Positions 45,079 to 58,992 of a stretch of 64,000 nucleotides of DNA are shown here, in pieces (position 1 is the first letter of the stretch; the number at the start of each line of letters is the position of its first letter). This DNA comes from the human T2T-CHM13v2.0 reference genome, Homo sapiens, in NCBI RefSeq assembly GCF_009914755.1, contig NC_060935.1; one strand, 5' to 3'. Made by a program: the position numbers and the translations under genes. The notes under the pieces were generated by a model. That model made no database searches and was not told where the DNA came from. It saw nothing but the letters and a program-made list of their open reading frames with translations.

Positions 45079-47368
45079 GGTGCTAATTCCAGTCTCCCTG
45101 TCCCTAAGCCACCATCATGTCTCATCATAAAACCTGCAAAACCATAAACTGACCTACTCAACTTTCTTCTTGTCTGCATACAGTCTATAGGTAAGTGTGG
45201 CTACCTATAACCCTATCTATATCCTTAGCTTCCCCTGGCCCACCAAGTCATGCCTGAGCTGAGTTTACCTTCCTCCACTCACTATACCTCCACACTGGCC
45301 TCACACAGCCTCCTTTTTCTTTTCTGAACATTATAAGTACTTTTCAGCTTCTGCATATCTGTGCCTCTACTGAGAAGCTCCTTTCCCCAGCTCTTTGTAG
45401 GCCTAACTCATTCTGATCCCCTATCCTCTCAGCTGAAATATCTCCCCTAGTTACCACCAGCCTATCATCCTGCCTCTAGCCCTCAGAGAACACCTGTCTT
45501 AATGTTTAAGTCTCTTCTGTGTTTCCCTGATGTTTGTTTTGGTCTACCTCCCTCCCCTTTAATGTAAGTGAGCTCCTTGGGGCAGGGTCCTCATCTGTCT
45601 CCTCCCCCCGTGGCATCCTTGTACAAAGCAGAGAGCCTGGCAGCCCGTCCTGCTCACAAGTATTGGCCGAGTGAACATACACAGATCACGGAATTTTCTG
45701 GAGGAAAAGAACCCATGCGGTCTCTATTACTGGGCTGGATTTAACGTTGTAAGGTCATATCTTACAGCCAGTTACTGTCTTGGAAATCTCACTTTGGTTC
45801 AAAGTAAGCCCCAGAAAGCAAGCTGGAGACCTCTCTGCTCACAAAGACACAGGGACTTAACTTGGGCAAACCAGGCCCTGTCGCCTGGGAGGAGGCAGTC
45901 TCCACTCTGCGGGGAGCTCATCTTCCTCTTTACATCTCTGTTTCTAACTCTGGTCAAGGAGCCTCCTCCACTCAAGACAGGTTATTTTAAATGACTTCTA
46001 GCTGTACTCATGGACACAGAAGATGTCTCTCACGCACCCTTTCTCTCTGGAAATGCCACGTCCCTTTAAAAGAGTTTCCTGTCCTCAAGTCCTCTTCAGT
46101 GCCTTCCTTCCAGGCTTAAGGAATCTGTAACCATCCTCTCCCTGAGGTGGATTCTACACCATTCTTCCTCAGGTTGTCCTAATCCAAAGGGACCTTGATA
46201 CTGAGCCTACTGAGGGACCAAGGCTCAGTCCTCATATGAATTTTGGCAATAGAAAGTTGGGGTCAGGGCTGGCGTGGGGCAGGGAATGGCTCAGGTCTCT
46301 ATTCCAGAATGGCAGAGAGCAGCCTTTGCCATGGGCAGCTGCATGCAAAGACTGCCCATCCACCACAGCGCTCACCGAGTGTGAGTGTGGCCAGCTCCAC
46401 AAAAATTCACTCCAAGACCAGAGCAATAGCTCCAGGAGCCTGCCTGCTTCTTGGTCCTGCCTTCCTTTTTTCACAGAGCATGGCATGACCAGGCACAGAA
46501 CTGTGTCCAAATCTGTCCTTCCCAGGCCCTCCTATGCTCCACTCTCCCCCAATCTACTACCAGCTCAGCCTCCTGCAGCTGCGATCCCAGAATGCTCTTT
46601 CCAAAATGTTAAGAATGGATAGCACCCAATCGTGTCTCTCACACTAAAGCAAGTCAGTTCATCTTTCTGAGCAGGCTGGCTGAGGGGCAAACACGCTATA
46701 CAGATGGAGCCCACTAAGCACCTTCTTCTCCAGCTTATTTCTGTTTATTTCTGCATCCAACTTCCCTGGCGTGGAATGGTTTCCTTTAATATAGGTCCAT
46801 GCTACATGTTCCACTAAAATAGTATCTGAAACCAGGGAACATATCCCAACCCAGAGTAATCTGGGCTCAGCAATGGTTAAGGACTACATTTTGGAGACAG
46901 CTAGGAATACATACTTTTCTTCTAAGCAAACTGTTTCCTAAGCTCATTCTTCTGTGCTTGGAAATGGCTGAAGTTTTAGCTTAGACTGCTTGGTTTTAGC
47001 TTAGTTTCTACCTGGGTTAATGGAAACCGGGGTGTGCGGGATGTGTTCTAGCCTATGCTGGCCTTGGGGCTAGAAAACAGGGTAGTGAATGGGGCCTACT
47101 CAGCTAACTCAGTGGTTCCACTCAACAGAATCACCTGTTTTAAAAAAATCTCAAGTTTAAAAAAATGTATAGGCATGTATGCAGCAAGCAAGAGTATACA
47201 TTGCTAAGGAATCTGTACCCACTGCTACATACTTTTGTAGTGCCATTTTGCAACAGCCAGCAAACTCAAAATACAAAACTCCTTGTCCTGACAAGGACAT
47301 TTTTACTTCTAGGAATTTATCCTTTAAAAATATTATGCAATCATGAAAAAAAGAAGAGATGACTTTAA

Positions 47369-47851
<483 letters not shown>

Positions 47852-48181
47852 TAAGTAGCTCTAGAGAAGGGGAAGCAGAAGCTTCTAACTTTTACTTTGT
47901 GTACTTCTATACTTTCTAAAATTTTCATAATCTGCATGTATTACTTCCACAATTTAAAAAACTACCCAAGCTCCAGATTCATCTCTTGGAGATTCTGATT
48001 GTGTAGGGTATTTGTATTTTTTTAAAAGTGCCATTGGTGGTTTAGCTTTACTGCCACGTTTGAGAACCACTGTGTATTCTAGAAGGTTGTGGGCAAGGCT
48101 AATAAAAATATGCCCATGGACAACTCAAAGACACATTTCCCAGCCTCATGCACAAAAAGGAAAGGAAGAGATAGATATAAG

Positions 48182-48232
<51 letters not shown>

Positions 48233-48250
48233 GCGGGGGGGGGGGGGGGG
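48182..48250. repeat. (GA)n microsatellite followed by G16
   Basis: Read directly. G-run at 48235-48250. Confidence 0.95.
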
Positions 48251-48466
48251 AGAAAGGAGGACAATCCCACAGCAAAAATATATTAAGTGAGCTGGAAAAA
48301 AAGGGATGTTTAAAAAAATTAAAACCAGGAGACTCCAATCCCAAGATCCTGCCCTAAACCACCTCATAGAATCCCTGGGCCTAGACAGAGATAATTATAT
48401 ATTTAGAAAATTTCTACCCAGAGTTGGTCTGTTAAAATACTCTTAAGTTATCGCCTTGATAACTTA

Positions 48467-48802
<336 letters not shown>

Positions 48803-48882
48803 CTAATGACCTGTGTCTACATTTCTATGACGTTAGCTTCATATTACTCAAATGTGTTAATGGTTGATTAAATCTCCTACTG

Positions 48883-49183
48883 TAGTCTTCCCTCAATATC
48901 CATGAGAGGGTTGGTTCTGGGACTCCCAACAGATACCAAAATCTGAGAGTGCCCAAGTTTCTTCTGTAAAATGGTGTAGTATTTGTATATAACCTATGCA
49001 CATCCTCCTGTCTACTTTAAACCACCTCTAAATTATTTACAATACCTAATACAATGTAAATGCTATGTACATAACTGTTATACTATATTTTTAACTTGCA
49101 TTATTTTGTATTTTTTATTAGTTTTTTTTCTCAAATATTTTCAATCTGCACATGTGGGACTCACAGATATGCAGGGCCGACTG
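48883..49183 (+). mobile_element. MER2 (TcMar-Tigger)
   Basis: gataccaaaatc...aaatggtgtagtatttgtatataaccta...gggccgactg|ta matches the recalled consensus. Confidence 0.85.
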
Positions 49184-50740
49184 TATTGAATATTTGATCA
49201 ATCCCATAGTTTATCATTCTATTATCCAGGGAGATTTTCAAGATTTTACAGAACTGGGAGAGTTGGAGATCCTCCTGTTTAGAGTTTACAAATGGTCTGT
49301 AACAAATTTTTTGTCAGTCTGCAATAATGAGTTAAAATAAAGTTGAAGACATCCCATTTTTAATTCTGAGATTATTCCTTTCCACTTTTTATTTTTTTTG
49401 GTCTTAACATCTCCTTTGTTTTATGAAGTGATGCTGCTGGTACATGCTAGTTTTTAACTTGTTTATTTATTTATGTTTTAATGTCCTCACTTGGAAGACT
49501 AAAAAGCTAGTAGTTCTGTGCCACACTGAAAATGTCTTTTGAATATATTACTGGTAACTGACATGGAGAGTCTGAGAATAACGATTTTGCCCAGTCCTCT
49601 CATTTCTCTGAGGTGAAGCATGAAGATCCACATTCCCAGCCTCATGCAGGGATTAGGGAACACCCCGTGAAGCACCCTGCCAATGGTGGGCACTTCATCT
49701 ATACCTAGGGAGGTTAGAGGAAATTCCAAGCAAATTCACAAAAACTCCAGCCCCACTGGGTTTTTTTCCAGTTGTTTCTTGAATGTGTTCACTTCCTGGT
49801 TTCAGTTCCTGCTTTTACCAGAAAGAGAGATTGAACCCCTTTTTGGGTGTTAGTCCTTTTTGCTATGGGGGAAGAAGTTAGTGATGTGAGCTGCTCTAAA
49901 TTAAGCTGACCTACGTGTGACCTACTTCTCTTTACAACCTAGTCTAATTCTAGCCGACGGGAGCTAGGTTTCCCCACCAAGTTGGCCAACGTATGACCTG
50001 TTAACAGGTGCAGAGAACATTTTCTCTGGTTTATAGAGGAGCACTGATGGTAAATGCACCCTTTCACTCAATCTAGCGCTGAATGATAAGGTCCCACTTA
50101 GCCCCTAAGTGCCTGATCCTGAGTTCCAGCATTTCAGGTACTGGGGTCACTGGTCAACCAGCTGAAGCCTCAACCCAGCTCAGCCCCTGAATCTCCTGGA
50201 GTTACCAGAGCCTCACTCACTTCTTTCATGAGGTGGCCAGTCCAGGGGAACAACTTCTCCAGATCACTTAGCTGGCTGGTACCCAAATATGGACCAAAGC
50301 TCAGCTTCCTGCCCTTAACTCAGAGTTTAGTCTCCAAAGGGCATCAATTTATACCCTGTTTGAGCAATATTATTTGGTAAGGAGGAAAATACCAGTATAA
50401 GCCCACAGAGGAAGAACAAATTCTTTCAAATAAAGTAATTAATTATTTTAGTCAAAGATAATTGATGCTGGGACTCAGGATATACACCTGTTAACAAATC
50501 ATACATTGGCCAACTTGGTGGTAGTGAAAAATAAGTGAACATGATGCCACATATTAGGAGTAACTTTGTTCTGAAAAACTCAGAGGGCTTTCATACCTAG
50601 CATTTCATTTATTTTTAATGCCAATCTCCCTCAATTCCCAATTAAAATAGTAGATAATTTCCTTTTCCATCTATTACCTTTATCAGTATCTGAACAAAAT
50701 ATAATTTAGAAAGGGGAGAAAAGTAGACATTAAAAATTAA

Positions 50741-51142
<402 letters not shown>

Positions 51143-51305
51143 CTAATCGATGGCAAGCTTTTATTTCTTTAGGGTTGATTATCCTCATTTCAGAGACGGG
51201 AAAACCAAAGCTCTGAAATGAAATGACATAGACGATCACATTCACTCAACCAAATTGAGATTCTACAGTTAATTAAAAGCCAGGGCAGGAGTATGACCCA
51301 TGTTA

Positions 51306-51512
<207 letters not shown>

Positions 51513-51729
51513 TTATTTTTTGCCTTCGTCAAATGACTTACTCTAGACACTTATTTCAGCAACATTGACCTTTCTCATGCTTCTGCAGTATTAAATGATG
51601 AACAATGTGTAACAAAAACAACATTAGATAAGTGAAGCTGATTTTGATGACTAGCAAGAGAACTTTCTATACCTCCAACTATTCTTAAAAAGTCAGCACC
51701 CAAAGAGTCAAGGAGAACTCAAGGCTTTA

Positions 51730-52223
<494 letters not shown>

Positions 52224-53540
52224 TTAATGTGTGTCTTCTCATTGTAACTGGAGGCAAGATAAAATGAACATTTAATTGACCAAGCTAGTGTGAATTCTAT
52301 TTTTTTCTTCCCATCTATTTTCTTTGGCTTCCAATAATTTCCTCATGGCTCACTCTCAAGGCTTGTCCTTGACTTCTATGTCCTTTTACATAGCTTTTAG
52401 ATTGCTGATCTTATGGGAGCTCAAGAATGGACTCTAAGATATATAATTTTGGAGGAAACAATTTAGGCAGAGATGCTGGCAGGGATCTTTCACTTTACAG
52501 ACTCAAAGTTCCCAGAAGAAAAATTTTATATCTCTGCAAATGGGTGGCCAACATGAATGACCCTTTCAGAAACCACAAGTTGGGTCATAGTACCACTGGC
52601 CATAAGGGAGGGATGGAGTTCCAGGAATGCAGGCTACAGTGTTAATTCCACAGATGAGGAAGGAGTAATGTGGCTGAAAGCCTGATTTTTTTTCTTCTGC
52701 AGGTAAAAATCCCACTCTCCAACTTCTTCAAGTCCTGTGATGAATTAGATGTGGTTACATGGCGGGTAACCTTTGGAAAACCTAACCATGCCTGTGGTTT
52801 CTTATTAAGTGAACTTAGCTGTGGCGAGCTCCCAGTCCTGATCCTGGGCCACTGGCAACCAAGGCATCTGTCTCAAAGGAAAGGCCATGGAATGGAGGGG
52901 TTCAGGTAGGTGTGTGCAGGTGGGTGGGTGGGAAGGACAAGTTGTTCACTGCTTCTCTGTGAAACCTAAGTGAGAGCTGCAGAACAAGGGAGGGATTGAG
53001 AAAGGAAATGGTGTGGTTGTCATTACAAGAAACTGTATATTGCCCCATTTTCAATAAACCCTCACGGGAATCTTAAGACCAAGATTGTATCAATAGCCTG
53101 AGAACAACCATCGCCTGGGTGAGGCCTGAAGCAGAGGAGGAAGAGGACTTGCAAGATGGAGCTGGAGCAGATCAAGGCATTGGGGCAAACATCTTCCACA
53201 CTGACCTCATTAGCTAATGTGCCCAAATTACCTAAATTAATGATGTGTCTGAAGAAGCTCAGACCTTGGGAGCCATTTTAGTGGGGTTTTGTGCAATACT
53301 TGTGCTTATCTTGATGCAGGCGGTTCTCTAAATGTGGTCCATGGACCAATGCTTTGGAACCACCTAGGTTTGCTAATATGTAGATTGCAGGACCTCATTT
53401 CAGGTGGCCCAAAGCAAAGTCTCCATAAGTATAGGAATCCACATGCCAACACTCTCACAAGATATTTATTTGCAAAAAATTTAAGAACTACTAGAATCCA
53501 AAGGAGAACGAATGGCTAGAGGAGGTAAGGAGGAAAATTA

Positions 53541-53975
<435 letters not shown>

Positions 53976-56900
53976 CTATAAGCAGGACAGGAGGACACAC
54001 TGAGAACTGATGTGGATCCTCCCAGTAAAGGAAAGGAACACCGCATGCAATGGTAGGATCTTCCAAAGAGTTGCCCCCCGTGGTAACTTGGGGAAGGAAG
54101 TTATCATGTTACAGAGCCTTTACTTGAGTCTTGACCAAAGTTGCAAAGGCTAAAATAGAGATCCAAATCCAGATAGGTCTGGCTCCAAAGCCTGAGCTAT
54201 TTTCTTCTTGTAACAACAGTAAAAAGGTGACTTTTTCAGGAGAGTCATACTTGAGTTACATCAACATTAAAATATCTCCAAGCTCAAGCCTTCCCCATCC
54301 TGACATGTAAACGTCACAAACACTGATCATCCAAGCTTTATTTCTTTTTTGGAAAAGATAGTTTATCTAGTAAAAAAATAATAATAATAATTCAACCTAT
54401 TGTGGCTTTTAAAAGGCCACCTACATTATCAGGACAGCTAAACTGGCAAGAGCTAATACCACTTAGAGTCCAAGAAGTATGGCTTTAAGAAGTATTTTGA
54501 TCACCTCCAGCTATGGCTGCAGCCAAGCCCTTTTCTGGGTTAACCTCAGGTAAGCCTAAGCCATCCTGGGAGTCTGCCCAAAGGAGCCCTTGCTGGGGTA
54601 ATGGGAGTACTTCTCCTTCCTCAGCTTTGTCACTTCCCAGGCCAATAAGATTCCAGATGTAAGCTTGGGGATTGCCATAGGGAGGCCAATTTTTCACTTT
54701 GATATCTTAGAACATTTTTTTAGCTGCTATTTACAATCACCATCATTTGATAAAAGAAAAAAAATAAGCCTTTCACACCTAGAAAGAGAGGTGTCTCTGA
54801 ACAGATGACAGTGCTTTCAAGACAGGGAGGTGTTGCATTATCCAGATAGTCTTGTCATAGACTGGAGAAAACTTCCTTTGGAACCAACACCGAGCTGCAG
54901 ACCAGTGTTTTGGAATAACTGGTTATAATGGGAATAGTGTGGGTTTTGGAGTCAGAGGGCCTTGACTTCAAATCCTGACTCCAACTCTTGCTAGCTGTGT
55001 GGGGTGTAGAAAGAAATGCCTGATGCCTACTTCATAAAAATTAAACAAAAATATGCTAGCATAGTACCTTTCTCCAGTGCACACAAAGAAGAGACATATA
55101 ACACCCATCAACTTCATGACAAGGATGACATTTTGTTCAGGGGGCTTACCCACTTGCCCTGCCATTCTAGCAAGACACCAAGAACTTAGCTTCCAGTCTC
55201 AGAGTTAAGACCTGGAACCCAAATACAACTACTTGCTTTTTCATAACAGGCTGCTTAATATACTTGCTACCCAAATGTTTTAAAATTAGGAATAACATTG
55301 CATGACCAGATGAGAATGTTAGTCAAAATATAGGCTTCTTAGTCTCCCCTTAATGGCCTAATTTTCTATTCATCTAGTTAATTTCTGAGGCAACTTCTGG
55401 TTTCCTGACATATGTGTGCAATAACCATCCCTCAGACCATCTGAAAAAGAAAATAGGGTATGACTGCTCACAGCAGTTGGGTGAGGGCCTTTCTGATCAG
55501 TGAGCAACAAATATCACTTCCTCCCCTCGCCAAGTGAAACAGACAGAAAATTCATTTTACAACACAGCAGGGGGAAATGATCAAAATGACCTTTTTAACG
55601 TGGATAGACCATATTTCTGTGTTTGCAGTGGGATCTTTTTCCATTTTTAAACATGTCTCCAGCAAGTAATCTGAAGCTCTAAACCAGGAAATGTCAAACA
55701 AAGAATGGAGGTAGTATGCGTTCTGAAATGGTGAATGTATTTCCTTAGCCAGCTCTTGGCAAAACTCTCCAGTCCCCTTGAGATCATTAATCTCCTTGCC
55801 TTCTGCTTCATTTGAATCCCTCCTGCCATTGAAATGAGAATCAGGCACATGATTGGTATTCAAGTAAAACTAGGAAGTATTTAAAGCAACCATTCTGGCA
55901 AGATCCATATGATGTAATGGAAGCGTCAGGCATCAAAACAGCCATGTCAAAGTGAAAACACACAAACATTAGGTTAGCATACACACCCAACCTGGCAATG
56001 TGGTTGGATGCCTGTGCCACACATTTCTTTGTTGTACAAAATTGCTGCCTCTTTAATGGTTTGTTTTTTAGGCCATAACAAAATGTCCCTGAAGCCCTGA
56101 ATCAAAACAGCCACATCAAAGTGGCTACATCAAAATACTATAAACCCACAAATATTTATTGAGAGAATTCTCGTGAGTTACCCTCTTGGAATTAAACAGA
56201 TATGGAAGACTTGTAAGAGTTCTTGATGTTTGCACATAGAAAATAATTTTTAAGGTAATTCAGGGACTCAGCTCGCAGCTGGAAACACAGAGTCCCCCAA
56301 GAACTCTTTGTAAAAATTCTGACTAATCTAAAAATTCCAACTATTCTAATTAGTCTAACTAATCACTACGTCTCCCAGAACACAAACAGAGACTGACATG
56401 GGAACTATCATATAGTATAGCATGATAGAATATTATATAATATACAGCTGCTTCTAAGCCTATATACCTTTAGAATAAGATATAAGTTTTAAAAAATGTG
56501 TTCACACAAACAGCTATATAAATGCTGATTGCAAACACACCTGGTAACAGTGACAATAACAGGCATAACTTATATTTATTGAGTGTTCTCTATGTATCAG
56601 ACACTATACTCAGTAATGGGTATGGTACAATCTTTACTCTTAAAGAGCCTTTACTCAGAGAGGAAACATAAAGCACATTGTACTGTAATTGTCTGCTTTA
56701 TGTACAGGCCATGAGCAAGCTTGCAAAGGAGTCTATGGGAAATCATAAGAACAATGCCTAACCCAGGTTCAGGGAAGAAGAAGGAATGTTCAAGAAGGGG
56801 TCCCAGAAGGGGCCGAGACCTGAGTCAGCTCTTGAAGGATGGATTTAATTTAAATGCCTACATTCTCCACCAGTCTATGAGCCCCAGGAGGGCAAGATTG

Positions 56901-57241
56901 TGATCTTTAACACCTAGTCCTGAGTGCTTAATCAATGTTTGCCAAGAGAAATTGAGAATTGAAAAGCAGCTCTAAAAGGGCCCCTTGCTTGCCCCTGGGA
57001 ATAAGGCCCTTCTGCAGACAGACTGGCAGCATGCCACTTCAGTCAGATTTTGACCATTCGTGCATTTATTCCACAAATTTCTAGTGGGCCCATATTACAG
57101 GCACCATACTGTTGTTGATGTTAAAGATGTTGCAGTAAACAAAAAGACAGAGCCCTTGATATCATGGAGTGTGCACTTTAGTGAGAGAACAAATGCATGG
57201 ATAAATACATTTTAAGTAGTGAGAAGTGCTCAGAGGGGGGT

Positions 57242-57618
57242 TGTATTAGTCCATTCTCACTCTGCTAATAAAGACATACCCGAGACTGTGAAATTTACAA
57301 AGGAAAGAGGTTTGACTCACAGTTCAGCATGGCTTGGGAAGCCTCAGGAAACTTACAATCAAATCATGGTGGAAGGGGAAGAGAACGTGTCCTTCTTCAC
57401 ATGGTGGCAGCAAGGAGAAGCGCCAAGCAAAAGGGGGAAAAGCCCCTTATAAAACCACCAGATATTGTGATAACTCACTCACTATCACAAAAACAGCATG
57501 AGGGTAACTGCCCCCATGATTCAGTTATCTCCCACGGGGTCCCTTCCACAACACATGGGGATTATGGGAGCTCCAATTCAAGATGAGATTTGGGTGGGAA
57601 CACAGCCAAACCACATCA
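57242..57618 (-). mobile_element. THE1 MaLR solo LTR
   Basis: Runs tgtattagtccattctcac...cacagccaaaccacatca. TSD (g/a)gggt. Confidence 0.9.
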
Positions 57619-58873
57619 AGGGTGGAGGAGAAGGATAGCAGTGTGTGGGGAGGCAGCATGAGTTTGTATCAAGTGTCCAGGGAAGGCGTCTGTGATGAAG
57701 GGACATTTGAATAGAAACCTAGAAGAAATGAGGGGTTTCTTCAAGTATTTTATGCAATTTGTCTAGAGCTTAGCAAATAAATGGAACATACACAATTTGG
57801 AAATCTGTCTTACTACCAAGATCCTAAAGCTCCCACCCAGATGCACACTCTGGGGTCCACATGTTGATTTTTACATGGATTCAAATGAATATGTAATAAG
57901 TCATGCTGGGCCCTGTCACCATCATGAATATTATGAGGGTTTAAATGACTATTTCAGTGCCCCCTAAGAGATATGGTTACCAGGAAGAGGTGAGTTGGAT
58001 ACAGGTGGAAAGCCTAAGGTCACAACAGCCAGCAGGTTTGCTCCCATGGCAATGAGCAGAAAGTGCCAAATCTGGTCTGGGAAGTCCACCGGATACACAG
58101 TAAGTCACGTCCAGTGGGCATGCTTACCCCTTTACTAATATTCCCTTCCTATGTCCTGTGGCTGTGCACACAGAACAAAGCAATAAAACCCAGGTTGGAT
58201 TTGGGTCCACCAAATCCCTCGAGGCTAATGCTCTCTGACACTGCCCACCATCTGTGTTTCTGCTTGACTGCCTCCTAAATTGAGGAATATTAGCAATGCA
58301 ATGCCTTAATGTTGGAAGTTCCAGTGCGCCAACTCAGGCCGATCTCTCAAATGGCCTCCACTGCCTAACAAAGTAAGGCCATGTGATGGGACAGCTGTTG
58401 GGATAATTAAAAACTTTTAACAATGAGCCCATAATTTCCTTCAGCCTTAGCCTCTCCATTGAATTATTTAAACAGCTGTTAATATTGCAATCTCTGCCCA
58501 GTTCTTTCTCATGCAAATCCACGTGAGTCCTGTTTCAAGGCAAGCTCAGCTTATCGTGCAAATCATCCTCTGTGACTCAGAAGGGAACGTGTAATGGGGC
58601 TAACGCTAAGTTTTAAACTATTCTCAGAACCTGCTTTTCATTAGCATTCGATTTCCCTTGCTTTGCCAATAGCCTGTAATAATAGGCTCATTAGATGTGG
58701 TGTTGGATTCAGATTTCCTGCTGCACACTTCAGTGTCACCTTAGCTGGCACCAAACTCTTTTTTCCACCTTCACTGATTTGATGAGGTGGCAACAGAACA
58801 CTCCCCAGGGAGCCTAAAAGCAACTGGTGTGTTTCTCCTGGAGGATGTGAGGTTTGCAATGGGCTTCACCCAC

Positions 58874-58992
58874 CTGTCCTTCCACTGCTGACATCTAACC
58901 TCTCCTCCCTGGCCCCAGGCTTCAGGATCTGGAGAGGTACTGGGGAGATAAAGATGTCCAGAGATTGCCCTACTGGAAGACACTAGGTCACC
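58874..58992 (-). other. Candidate 119-nt cassette exon in intron 1 (5'-variant exon)
   Basis: Acceptor tgtttttgttcttgattctag|GGTG and donor GACAG|gtgggt. EAAT2 5'-splice variants that start at the exon-2 Met are known, but this assignment is inference. Confidence 0.5.

Noticed and set aside
58874-58895. ATG TCA GCA GTG GAA GG (MSAVEG) resembling exon-1 MASTEG
   Set aside because: The donor position puts it out of frame with exon 2 and the similarity is too short to be meaningful.
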